This document shows, one piece after another, positions 11,398 through 22,989 of a stretch of 64,000 nt of DNA. The notes beneath the pieces were generated by a model. The model did no database searches. It had not been told where the DNA came from and saw nothing but the letters and a program-made list of their open reading frames with translations. This DNA is from Raillietiella orientalis (taxonomy: Eukaryota). The position numbers and the translations under genes are program-made. The stretch lies in NCBI GenBank assembly GCA_036172245.1, contig JAYWIR010000021.1, positions 3,224,001 to 3,288,000 on the forward strand, given 5' to 3'. Within the stretch, counting starts at the first letter, position 1. Each line of letters begins with the position of its first letter.

Positions 11398-13706
11398 ATG
11401 AAAGGCGGGTCGCATCGGTCTTTCTTCGGTTGCGCTCCTTTTTTCACGACTCCACGACCTCAACGTGGAAAAGGAGCGAGCTGGAAGACCTCTCGGTGGT
11501 GGTCAGCGGAGGACAGTTTGCTTGAGTTTACCTCTAAGGATGCGGGACTCCCGCATCCTTAGAGGTGAACGACCTGACAAATCACTTGCTCCGCGACTCC
11601 TGAATACCTCCCATTAACATCCATGACAAAGAGCTCTTCCCTATCGCGGTGGACCACCCATTGGTGGTTGGCCGAACCAGCATAAGGATGAAGATGATGT
11701 ACGAAAAGGAGGTCCTCCGCCAGCTTTCGCAGTTCGCGGCAATGAAGGCGTTCCGACCTAAGTCCAACGCGTTCTCTGGGGGCTGTTTGGTGGTTTGGCA
11801 GCGACACGTGTCACCGCACGCGAAGGGATGCAGCTTCTCTTTGGAGCTCAGGCTGCAACAAACGGGATACCTGAAGAGATGTCCCTAAATAACGCCCGGA
11901 CGCTGCGATCATCTGGACCTCATGAGAGATGCACGCCGCGAATCCCCTGCAGCGAAATCGGAAGAAAAGGAAAAAAAAGCGAATATTGCGAGAAATAAAA
12001 AACATTTTCAAAGAAACCAGCCATCGTCTCCATGCCAACCGAGAACTGGGCAAAAAATGATCCCGAAAAAGTCCAAGGGGCAACCGATGGAGCCGATTGG
12101 CAAGTGATGACGAAAAAAAACGAAAGAAAGAAAAAAAATGATAAACAGAAAAAACTGCTAGTCGCGATGACGACCAAGCGGACTGGCAGCAGATTCGACC
12201 CTGCAGGATGACGCCTGATCGTCTCGCAGCAACCGAAACCACGGCGAATGCTACCCGCCGATCCGTTCCTCGATCGGTCGAAAGGCTGCGACAACGTTTC
12301 TGCCTTCTCTGAAGTCAACGAGGGGGGGAAGGGAGGCAGCAACGTGTGAGAGAAGAATGACTAACAGCGAAAAGGCCTCGAGGCGCCCCGCGGGGAGGAG
12401 GTGGAGGGAAGGGGAAACTGTGACGAGGTATCCTAGCCAGAGCCGGAAGGCGCAACAGAGGACGTAGCATCCAGGATAGTCACTGCGAGACTGCCTGGAG
12501 CAGCTAGTTGGCACGTGCTCTTCCCCTTCCCTCTTCCGGAAAGGGGATGCAATCAGCTTCCGAAGCTGGAGGCGCTCAGGCGGGTTCCTCTCACAAGAAC
12601 AAAGGCGAGGGTGAGAGTAGGAAACACAGGGGTCCGTCCTTCCACACCCTTCCTCCTCCCTGCCCCTCCCGCCCTTCCATCTGAGAATCTCCCACACGAG
12701 CATCAAGCGGGAGCCGGGACGCCCAGCAACAGTAAAGAGGGAATCGCCTCCTACCGTCGATTGCGCATTCGCCTGTAGCATAGTCAGCGGGCTGGGCGAC
12801 GAAATCTCCCAACAGCACTACGAGGTACTTGAAGTACCGAACCCTGGGGATTCCCGAGAGGAGTCCAATCACGATGTTTGGCTCGCGCAGCGCCTGCACA
12901 AGAACGACCTCGAACTTCATCCTCTTCTATCTCTCGTTCGCCCTCGACGCGACAGCTCAAAGGACTCCCCGAAGACGAAACGCCCCTCCTGCCAAGGAGA
13001 CGAAAGTCAAGGAGAAGGAGGAGGTCAGAGGTCCCCGCGCGCTTCCGAAGTCCCTGGAAATGACCTTGGCGCAGTTGCTGCCCGTTAAGAGGACGGTGAA
13101 GAGGGGCGAGACTCTCAACCCGGAGACCGAAACCTGCACTCTGGACACGGAGGGCGTCATCCGGAAGATCAAGGGCTTCGAGATGGGCAAGTTCTTCATC
13201 GACGAGATGATGAGCAGGATGAGGACCTCGAGAGTCCGAAGGGAGGAGCTGCCTATTCTGTGCACCGACGCGATCAAGGCGTACCGGAGGAGGTCGAAGT
13301 TTCCAGCTGACCAACCTGATTGTCTCCCACAGGCGGAAATGCGGCGCCAATGTGGTCGTCACCGATCCCCCGTACGTCTTCCACCCGTACGAGGCGGGGC
13401 TGGAGGTGTGCTTCGACTGCACCGCCGAGGCGCTAAAGACGCTCAGGGTCGACGTGCTCCTCCTGTTCAGATAGCGGAAGGTGCTGTTCATAGTCAAAGT
13501 AGGGGAAGAGGAGACCATAAAGGTGCTGGAAATCCTCGTGCTCAGGACCTGGGTCAACATCGGAAGGAAGATACTAAGGGGGGGAGGGAAGTGATGTGTG
13601 TACCCTCTACTGGTTCGGGAACCTGAACAAGATATGCTACCTCAGGGACACCATCCAAGAGTACAGGGAGAGGCTCTCCGTGGTCAGGAAGACGCGAGGC
13701 GCGTGA
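11398..13706 (+). pseudogene. Disabled, divergent THUMPD3/Trm14-like (THUMP + UPF0020) amino-methyltransferase
   Basis: Collinear motifs versus remembered THUMPD3: AVDHPLVV..EKEVLRQLSQFA..CLVVWQ (SVDNLFVV..KEEVLKDFEDLA..PLKVWK); GLGDEISQQHY..NHDVWLAQRLHKND (THUMP end); LSFAL..RRRN; GPRALPKSL (GPTTLRSTL); LNPETETCTLDTEG (DPMCGTGAIPIEG); VVVTDPPY at 13352-13375; TWVNIG (VWVNVG). A 40-nt GT-AG intron at 13293-13332 restores the frame. In-frame stops (e.g. TAG 13472) and frameshifts (about 12915 and 13585) are present. Confidence 0.72.
11530..11566. repeat. Perfect 18-bp inverted repeat with 1-nt spacer
   Basis: acctctaaggatgcggga-c-tcccgcatccttagaggt. Confidence 0.95.
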
Positions 13707-14099
13707 CAGAGAGCCCCCGGAGCCGCCGTCACTCCACTCGCAGTGGACCGCACAGTCGCTCCTTCTCATCCATGCGGATCGAGGATCGCCTCAACGCCAT
13801 CCGCCGGCGGCGGGACGCTAACCAGGCGCCACACGTCGGACGACCGCCCATCGAAGTGAAAAAAAAAAAAATGAATTTCCCGAGACGCCGTTGGGGTTGA
13901 CATGAAGATCAAGGAAACGAGGTCGTCGGCGTGCAGGGATGGGAGGACGGCAGAGTTTCCAGAATTACTTTTCCCCAAGTCCTACAAGGGATGGGGTGAA
14001 TTCATTTTCTTTTATCATTCACTCTACATATTCATGCATTCATTTTCTTCAATCATTCCACTTATGTTACCTGGAAGTCTATTTCGTGGGATTAACATT

Positions 14100-17000
14100 G
14101 AGGTTCACTACACTTAGGGAACTGGGCGTCGTTTATGCCGTTGTCCTTAATCCTTCTCAGGATATGTCAATAGTTCCAGGCCTGTACTCTTTCACAGTTT
14201 CTTATACCGATCTCCTTCTGGATAAGCCCTTTCAGGATTTCCATTGCAGATACGGCGATCCTGGTGGTCTTCATCTTCCATCACCGCACATGGATGGCGG
14301 TGATGAAGAGGGCGATGGTCATCCTTACCATGGGATTGTAACAGGGACCGTTCCTATTTCCTTGGAACATGTCTGCTGAAATTCCCCTGGTCGATGTGAT
14401 GGATAGCCCAATAACCCTTTTGAGGGTGTGCCACTCTTGTTGCATAGTGGGACAGATCAAGACGTGGAGTCTTGTATCCTTGTCTCCACATGCTTTGCAG
14501 TCCTCATCTTCTTCTTCTTCCTTCTCTTCTTCCAGGAAAGGCTTCATGGTTGCCCTGCACAGGATTCCTCCATTACATAACATCAGGAGTTATCCTGTGT
14601 ATCCAGTGACAAGTCACTCTTCCAGAGCGTCGTTCCGATCGCCAACAGGTTTATCCCAGCACTCCCGTGGAGATCGGCGGCTTCTTGAGGGCACTGATGT
14701 CTTTGTCCTCTTCGACTAGTCGGCATAGGCTTTTCTTTGTCACACTGGACCACACGAAGTTGTGATTTTCCACACTTCTCGGGTCCTGTGTGTGAATCTT
14801 CCAGCTATCCTATCGATGTATAGGAGTACTCGGGAGTGGTGAAGGTACTCTCCTCGTCTCCATGCTTGAGCTGCTTGCAAGGTAACCCTGGACCGCTGGT
14901 GGATCCAGCTCCTCGTATTCGGAGGTACCGGGAGCATCCACGGGATCACCAGGATGGATTCCTCCTGCCAGAGTTCCTTGCTTCTTGGTATGATTTTCAG
15001 CTGGTGCTTGTGTGCCAGCTGCTGTTTTCATCTCCACGTTGGATCAATGGTGACTCATTTATCCACTCGGCAGAGCAGCTCAGTCATCGGTCCTCTCGAG
15101 TTATTTATCAACAACGAGTAAACCCTGTGCGCTGCATACGGCCAGCCTTCCCAGTTTTCCGACATGTCCAGGAGTTGTCGCACGTCCATGGTGTCCACAG
15201 CGTGTGCAAGCGACTTCATCCCGGTACCGCCTTCCTCCTTAGGACGACACAGTGGTTTGAGGCGGACTCTGGGTTGAGAGCCTCCCCAGAGGGCTTTCCT
15301 TTGTAGCTTTTCTACCTCTCTTCTGGTGTTTTGATGCATTCTGCTGAACGCCGCTCCGAAGAGTATCTTTGGAAGGAGTACTCCGTTCCAAAGGTTATCC
15401 CTCCGCTTCATGCTTAAGTCCAAACGGGTATACTTCGCTCCTTCTTGCGCTGTTTCCCCAGGATTTCCTTCCACAATAGTTGGGACGATGAATTGTCGCC
15501 AATATGGACACCCAGGTACTTGTCATTGTCCACCGTTCGGAATCCTTCCTCCATGAGTATGGAGAGATCCAGGATCCCGACGGGCAAACGTTGGCTTTTC
15601 TGAGCGTTGATTTTGAAGCCCAATCCCTCTTCCATAGGCTCCAGCACATCCAGAAACGCACACTGATCTCTCTCCCCTTTCAGGAAGAAGAGAAGATCAT
15701 CCGCGTAAGCCAGATGGGTGAGCCGTTGATTGTCGACATTGATTCCGCGGAGGGGCCCACTTCTCTCCATGAATAAAGAGAAAGCCTCTATGTATATGAC
15801 AAACAGCATCAGATTGAGAGCGTCGCCTTGACGGACTCTTCGTTCCATCAGGATGGCTGCTGTCTCTTCCCCGTTTATCTTGATCCGAAAGTGTTGCTCT
15901 TCAAGTATTATCTTCAAGAAGTTGCTGAATTGTTCCTGGAGGTCCAGTCTCCCCAGAATCTTCAGCAGCATCCCATGGTCCACCGTATAGAAAGCTTTCT
16001 CCATGTCAGTGAAACCCAGTACCAAGTTCTCGCCGATATATCGGCTGAGACCAATCGTAGCCTGGACACACTTGACATTGTCCGACATGTGGCGTCCGGG
16101 CATTGCGCATGTCTGGACGGGAGAGATGAGCTTCGGCATGACCTTGCCTAAGCGGTTAGCCCAGATCTTTGCTAACCACTTGGCACCGCTGTTCAGGATT
16201 GAGATTGGCCTCCATTGGGTAACCTTAGTCAGGTCACTTCCTTTCGGCAACAGTCTTATCCTGCTCTCGTAGAAGGATGCAGATAATCCGAAAGTCCTTC
16301 TTGTCGGATGCAGAGCATCAGCTTGTGGGACAAACGTCGGTAGGCATGCAAGTACCGCTGATAGTGAGGGATGAGGACACTTTCAGGTCCCGCCGCTACA
16401 TCCTTGCGAAGTTCTACAAACGCAACTTTCACTTCTTCTTCGGAGATTTCCTCTTCAAGCATCTTCCGATGGTTTTCACTCGTTCGTCTTTCCAGGTGTC
16501 GCAGAAAAATTCCTTGATTAGTCGGGCACAGATGTCTTCGTAGGAAGTGATCCACGTAATGCCTATGGAAGACGTCCGCGATGTCCTCCGACGATTGCCG
16601 ACTGTGGCCATCGTACTGGATGTAGAAGATGTCTGTTGCCAGATTCTTCTTCTCCAGCACGCCGACTTCCCCTTTTGCATTTTGGAAGACGTACCGACTC
16701 TCGTATTTTTTCCAGTACTTCGAGAGCGATCTTGGATGTGTAGCTCCCGTAACGCTTCCGGCCTCAGTCGCTTGTCACCGAACTGCATGTTGCAGAACAG
16801 ATGGACTCGATGTTTCAAGCTATCCCAGTCGGCGACTCTGAGGATGCTGGTCGTCTGCAGAATCGTCTCTATAACTTCTTGATGGCAGGGTAGCGTTTCG
16901 AACCAGGCGGGCATGCTGATGAGTGCCGCCCTTATGGCCTTCTTTCGCAGAGGGTTTTCAGTCCGCAGGGAAAACCTGACCAACCGGTGATCGGACAGCA

Positions 17001-17627
17001 ATGTGGGAGTGTCACGAAACCCGTGGATACGGTTGCCTATATCGGAGCTGTAGAGGACGTGGTCGATCGACTTGTGGCTGGCTGTTAGCCATAGTAGTCC
17101 GAACTCGTCGGACAGCCGCCGATACGCCATTCTGCTTCTGGTGTCCCGGTAATGAATGATTTCGTCCCGGATGTTGAAATTCCTCACGATGATCACGATG
17201 TCCTTTGGTGCGACCTTTTGTCGGAGTGTTCCGTGGAGCGCCTCCGCGCACTGATGCCTTTGGTGGTGTGGTCCGTATACGTTCACCAAGAACAGGTGAA
17301 TATATGCGGACCGGGACATTCGTACACCGACGATTCTTCCCAGCATGGGGCAGAAGGTTTCCAGGATGGTGTGAGCGAGCTCGTTCCTTATGGAGATCGC
17401 CACACCCATGGTGTTTCTCTGTCCCTAGCTGACGAACGGTTTTGCGTTCAGTCGCCGTTCCATGTCGAGGCAGATTTGTTGCCCCATCATGTGGTTTCTT
17501 GCAGGCACACTATATCTCGGTGTGCGATGGTCTGCACAATCCTTTTTCGTTTTGCCTGGTCGGTAAGTCCATTAACATTCCAGGAGGTAATGTTAATCCT
17601 CCTGATGGTGGACAAGGAAGCGGCCAT
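14100..17627 (-). pseudogene. LINE ORF2 (APE endonuclease - reverse transcriptase - zf-RVT)
   Basis: ATG at 17627 overlaps the end of ORF1. Motifs: ITSWNVNGL, DIVCLQET, VNVYGP, IDHV, SDH; WRPISILN, DMEKAFY, VRQGDAL, AYADD, KYLG; PKEEGGTG; CKACGDKDTRLHVLIC. Confidence 0.92.
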
Positions 17628-19207
17628 AAAGGAGTTTTATTTTTTGGCCTTTCAGAAGTTTCAGGAGTTTTATTTTTTTCTTCTGACGAGAAGACCGTCG
17701 CAGCCCCTGCGCAGAAGGTTTCTCGCTAACAGCATCGCCTTCCGTTTCGGTGAGGTCAGTGAATTCTGCCTTTTCCGTCGGGTTTCCCGCCTTCACGATC
17801 ACTTTGCGTGGGAGCGTCTCCAGGCTCACCGTCGCACAGAAGTTCGAACTGATGTCGAGAAGCTTGTCTTCCAGCTTCTCACGCTGGGTTTCATCCATCA
17901 CATAATTTATGTCCTCCTGGACCTTGGACATGCGTTGCCGAAGTTTCCCCTGCTCCTCCCCGCTGGTCCCCGGTTGGACCTCTTCATTCAGCTTCGCCAC
18001 TTCCTCGTTGATTTGCAGGATTTCCTGCGTTTCCTTGACTGGCTCAGCTGTTTCCACTTTCTCCTAAGGTTTTTCCTCGGGCTTGTCGGAGGCCTGCTGC
18101 TCCTTAGCGAGCATCCTCCTCTTTCCCTTTTTCCTCACTTCGATGAAGTCGTCCTCCGATACTGGGACGACCTCCCTTACTTTTTCCACCCTCTCAGTGA
18201 TTTTTTGCGGCTGTTCCGCTTCCTTCTGGGGTCTCTCGTACAGGTGAGAGCTCGCACATGGTACGCCAGTTAGCGTATTCCGGGCAGCTCCACCTCGCGT
18301 GGCCCGTTGCCTTACAGAAGGCACACACTTCAGGTTGGTTGCAAGACCGGATCTGGTGTCCCTGCTTGCCGCAGCGGAAGCACCGAGATCTTGGACAAGC
18401 ACCGTCCCTGTGGCCAAAGTGCTTGCAACCCGTGCAAAATGTAGGCTGTTGCCTATATCGTATGAAGACTTCCTGGGAATCCCCATTGATGTGGGCGAGT
18501 CCCGGGATCATCACATCTTCAAATAACCTGATCTTGGCGATGGCATCGCCGGAGAACACCTTTCCGGAGTAGTTCCGGAATTCCAAATCCAAAACTTCCC
18601 CGTACTTGGTGAGGAAACTCCACACCGCTTGTTTATTTGTTGTCACTCAGACTCCTCCAAGAAACACAGTCGTATACGGCATTTCGCCGATTCTGTGGAC
18701 CATCCTCCCTTGTATATTTATGCCCTTTTCGATCAGGACCTCGATGAGAAGTTCACTGTCCGTGTAGACTGTGAACCCCGTCGTGCTCGGTATGATTGCT
18801 TATACGTGGTCAAAGTCGACATTCTCTTTATAGAGGGTCAAATACACCTCTTTGATGTTATTTATCCTGATGAGTCCCGTTTTGAATGTGATCGACTTCA
18901 CATTCGGACTGATCCACACGATTGGCTTATCCACATTTTCGATTTTGTCGACCTCCGACTTTCCAAATGTTCATGGTGGTTGTTGGGCGTTGGAATTTCC
19001 GGCCGCCACCGCCGCGTAAGAAAATGGCCGCGTCGTTGCAGCCGAACAAGATGGCGTCGCGGCCTTCGAGCTCCCCGCTACTTGGGAGGTCGTAGGCTAC
19101 GATGCAGCGCCGTCGCGTAGGTGACACGCGGCGACGCTGCACATTCGCCAGACGCTACCTCCATAAGCCGGGGTGACGTCGGCCTGTCCTCTAACTCCCC
19201 TTGCATC
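17593..19207 (-). pseudogene. LINE ORF1 (gag-like, ZCCHC3/Tx1-type: RRM + 3 zinc knuckles)
   Basis: FLTKYGEV...IPGLAHING...YRQQPTFCTGCKHFGHRDGACP..CFRCGKQGHQIRSC...CAFCKATGHARWSC; several premature stops. Confidence 0.88.
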
Positions 19208-19599
19208 CTTGCGGCGGACTGATAAACTCCTGTCGCCGTGGCGGAATGCAAGTCCTCCACTGTAGTGTCTCTGCTGCTGGTGATTATCCTCAGCAGCACT
19301 GCACTGTCACTTCCCAGTGGGTAGGATATGGGGATGATTTGCAGTTTTAAACTAACTTGCACCAACGAGCTATGTAACTTGCACTTGCCAAGCCGCGGCA
19401 GGGGAGTGCATCTCCAGAATTACCCTGCATGTGTTCGGCACCTACGTGAAGTGGTTGCTGAACAGCATAGGGTCTCAAGATGTCGCCCTGCTTGACTTTC
19501 CTCCGGGCCGGCACGCAGCACGCGGGACGACTGCTGAAGGGAACGTCCGTTGCCACTTCGTCACGAAGTCAGCCACAGTGAAGGGAGAAGTTTCTTACC

Positions 19600-21620
19600 C
19601 GGTCACGCTGGGACGTTTATTTTGTGAAACCAGCAGGAAACAGTTCTTTCCAACCGACAACTACAAGAAAACCAACAACGAAGATAAGCCACTGGCACGC
19701 AGACCAGGAAACCTGAAGGTCCTGAACGGGTGGAGGAGTAGGGGGGGATTACAAACAAAAAAGAACAGTCTAAATGGGAGGAAAGGGCCAGGGATCTTTG
19801 GTGACACTCCGCAGTCACCGGAAAACACAAAGAGTGAAAGCACCAAAAGCACTACGGAGCGAATGGAAAGTGGGGCGCGAAAACAAAAATGAAATTGATG
19901 GGAATGGAGGTGGATCACCGGATTCGACGTTCCAAACCATAGGTAATCCGACTATGGATGCTGGTGAGCTCCTCCGTTGCGTTTTCGGTCAAGTTTGTTT
20001 TCGCCACCTAGCTGCCGCACTGATGAAGTCAGCTACCTTTCTAGTGACACAGCATCGCTGACCAGTGTTCTCCAGCACGTCTCGGACCGTGACGATGGCG
20101 TGAATGCAACCAAATGTCGAAATCATCGCAGCCTTCGAAAGTCCTTGCTCTTGGAAGAACCGTCGCAGCACTTCACGGGCGGTGTCCCCCGGTGGCAGGA
20201 GTGCTGCTGGCAACCTCCGCCAGAGTTCCTGGAGGGCACCGCAGTCGAAAACAAGGTGCGGAAACGACTCCGTCGCACCGCACCGGGCACAGTAGGGTGA
20301 AGCCACCCCACCGGAAACTCGGTGGCGCCGTTCGTTGTAGCGCAAGCCCCAGTGCAAGAAGAGCAAGACGTCTTGCTTCCATGCAAGGGGAAACACCGAG
20401 CCGTCCAAACACCAGGGAGGGATTATAATTTCCTCGGGGGAAACACCAAGAGTTTCTCCCCACCGAAGTAACCCTTTTGGCGTAGCACGAGGGGTGGCGG
20501 CATCCGCAAGCTCGCTCGTGGCCCATTGGACAAGCGCTTTCGTTCTTCGTGCAATGGTGCAGGAGAACTCCCACCTTCCCAGATGGCTACTGTCTTCTCG
20601 AACCTCGAGGACAGACAATGCTTCGGCAAGGGGCGTGATGGCCAGGGCGAAAAACCTCACCTCGTCCTGCATCACATCTTGGAGTGACCAAGGTTGAAAT
20701 TGGCGCAGGGGGCGAAGATTTTCGTGACTCATTCCTAAGAATGCAGCCAAGGAATCAATGGATTCCTGCCGCCATGCATTGTAGTTCATTGGGCGGCAGG
20801 AAATCCATCTATTTGCTTCCAACAAGGTGGTGAGCTGCCTCAAAGGATAGCCAAATCCCTGTTTCCAGTGACGCATGCCAGGCACCAAGGAAAGAAGTCC
20901 TTAACTGCCTGCACACCTGCGTAGGAGGATGAGCGCAGGCGCACACAGGGGGGGAGTCCATAGCTCGGCACACAGTGCGAGCATTCGGAACTGCACTTGC
21001 AGTCCAATTCTCTCCATCGTCAGGATGCCAAGACCGGCATCCCGACGTAAAGCCGTCAGGTCTTTCAGGCAGATGCTGGATCGCGCCGGACCGCAGAGAG
21101 CGTTCCTTGGCAGGCGTTTTTCCCGCTCTTTGGCCGCGTAGGGGGGGTCCAAGACAAAAAAGAGGGGTCGGAGGAGGGGGGCCACGAAGGTGTTCCAAAT
21201 AGCCGCCCCTTCCGGCAAGGTAAACTTGCCGTTAATGAACGGGCTGGCGGCCAACTCTGCCTTATGAAAGCAGTCCGACCACGCCTCAGCAGCGCCAAGG
21301 TCGCCCAGCGGAGCGCCAAGGTACTTGAAGTACCCTGCCGTGGGGATCCCCAGGCGGATCCAGTCGGATTGCCCCTCCCACGACGCTCCCACAGGAACGA
21401 CCACGCTCTTCTTCCTGTTCACGCTCACGCCCGCTCCCCGTCGAACCAGTTTGAAGAAATCTTCGACACTGGACGCCGGGGTGGACATGGGGAGCAAAAG
21501 CAGATCATCTGCATAGGCAGCCACGGCAGACGTTCCCAAGCAAGAGCTAGGCAGGTATTCCAGCGTCAGCCTGTACGCCCTCAGCACCAACTCAAAGAAG
21601 CTCCACCCTCCCCTTAAAAT
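19600..21620 (-). mobile_element. 5'-truncated L1/Tx1-like LINE (RT C-terminal half + zf-RVT + 3' UTR)
   Basis: AAYADDLLLL, GVSVNRKKS, FKYLG, DAGLG, then CARCGATESFPHLVFDC...LW; ORFs 20901-21833 and 19989-20888. Confidence 0.88.
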
Positions 21621-22261
21621 GGCAGGAGTCGGCTCTACTGTTGCAGCATTGGGGGCTCCCCTGCAACGCCCGCCGACACCACTGGACCTGGGGAGCGGTC
21701 GATCCCAACTGTGTAAGGTGTGGGGAACGGGAGTCCCTCCCCCACCTCCTAGTGGATTGTGTTGCCCTTCGGCCCCTTTGGTTCCGCTTTGCTGCTGCCA
21801 TCGGTATCCCCTGCGGCAACCCCAGGGACGCATTAAAAGCCCTCTTCGTTGCCGAAGCCCTTCGGCCAGCGGCCTCGATAGCAGCCTTGTGCTGCCTTCG
21901 CAAGATCGTCACGGCATGGAGCACGGCTACGGGAGGACCACGCGATAAGGATGCCATCCAGGGTGCCGCCCTATTCCTGAGGAGGGCGTCGCGATGGCCC
22001 CACCTGGATCCGCAAATGCAGGAAGAGCTTGCCGGCGTCCTGAGAAGGATGATGCGGCCCCAGCAGCAACAGTGATCCCTTCCCGTACCCTCCGACTCGT
22101 TTTTTTTCTTTTTTGTTTAGTTTTTTGTTTTTTCCCCTTTCCCCCTGCTGCCTTGATGGACCGTACCGGTCTGCGAACCTGTGACCCGGCAGGCTTCGTG
22201 CGTGGCTGCAGCATTGCTGCAGCCACTGACATCTTTTATGTAAAGTTTATTTTTAAATAAA
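21621..22261 (+). mobile_element. 5'-truncated LINE 3' end, opposite orientation
   Basis: CVRCGERESLPHLLVDCVALRPLW (zf-RVT), stop at 22075, T-rich UTR, hairpin at 22202-22226 and AATAAA at about 22256. Confidence 0.82.
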
Positions 22262-22989
22262 CGACCCGGCGAAATCCGGGTGAAAATCGAACGCCTTGTG
22301 GAGGTCGACTGCGACCACCAAGGCACCCGGCGTACCCTCCTGCAGCTTCTGCCGATACCGTGTGCCTTTGGCAGCGGCCTTTCACACGGATTGGCTTTGC
22401 TGCGCTACGCGCTCCTGCAGCTGCATCCAGGTGCGGGAAGGGGAGAAGTGGTTGAGGAAGGCCCGAGCGTTCCAGGGGCTCCAGGAGGAATCCCTGATTC
22501 GCGCAGTGGGGCGTCTTTTCGAGATAGACTACGATCGTCAATAACCCCCCGAAGTTTCCTCCGCTTCCCGTCTTGTTGCTCCGGCGCCTTACTGGGCTCT
22601 TGTAGCCTTGGGGCACTTGGTCGCAACTCTTTTTTGCGACCGAATCCAGATTCCTCTCCACCACAAACACACACGTTCCTCCCAGGAACAGCACAGGACT
22701 GCTCTGGGCTAATGGCGGAGTTGGCAACCTGCCCTGGGCGCACAACCCTCAATTTCGAGAGCATCATGCCATCCAAGTTCGCCAAGGTGGCCGGACGCTA
22801 GCCGCTCATGCTGCGTGTCTCCTTGCTGCGTGCTGCTGCAGCCGGACTCCACCTCGGAGTCCGACTGTCGCGCGAGCGAGTGGCGTTTAGCCTGCCTCCT
22901 CTTGTCCCGGGAGCCGGAGGCTTTCCCAGCATTCGCGAGGTTCGCCGCCGTTCATACTCCTTGGGAGAAGAGGGGTGCCCCTAGTCGAT

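Larger units (their letters stand above)
13998..19370 (-). mobile_element. Near full-length Tx1/L1-clade non-LTR retrotransposon (inactivated)
   Basis: ORF1 (RRM plus three CCHC knuckles) is followed by an overlapping ORF2 with APE, RT and a C-terminal zinc finger; scattered stops and frameshifts. Ends are approximate. Confidence 0.93.

Noticed and set aside
13440..13505. RVDVLLLFR*RKVLFIVKV read as a PD-(D/E)XK nuclease; the DPPY region read as a bacterial DNA methyltransferase or EEF1AKMT1
   Set aside because: The upstream THUMP-like region, the motif order and the TWVNIG ending fit THUMPD3/Trm14 better, and an intron argues against bacterial contamination.
17152..18273. Long plus-strand ORF of 373 aa (similarly 12784-13560 on the minus strand)
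   Set aside because: Antisense shadows of coding sequence on the opposite strand.
19989..22075. Head-to-head LINE pieces at 21620 resembling an L1 twin-priming inversion
   Set aside because: Both halves carry their own divergent zf-RVT end, so they are two separate insertions.
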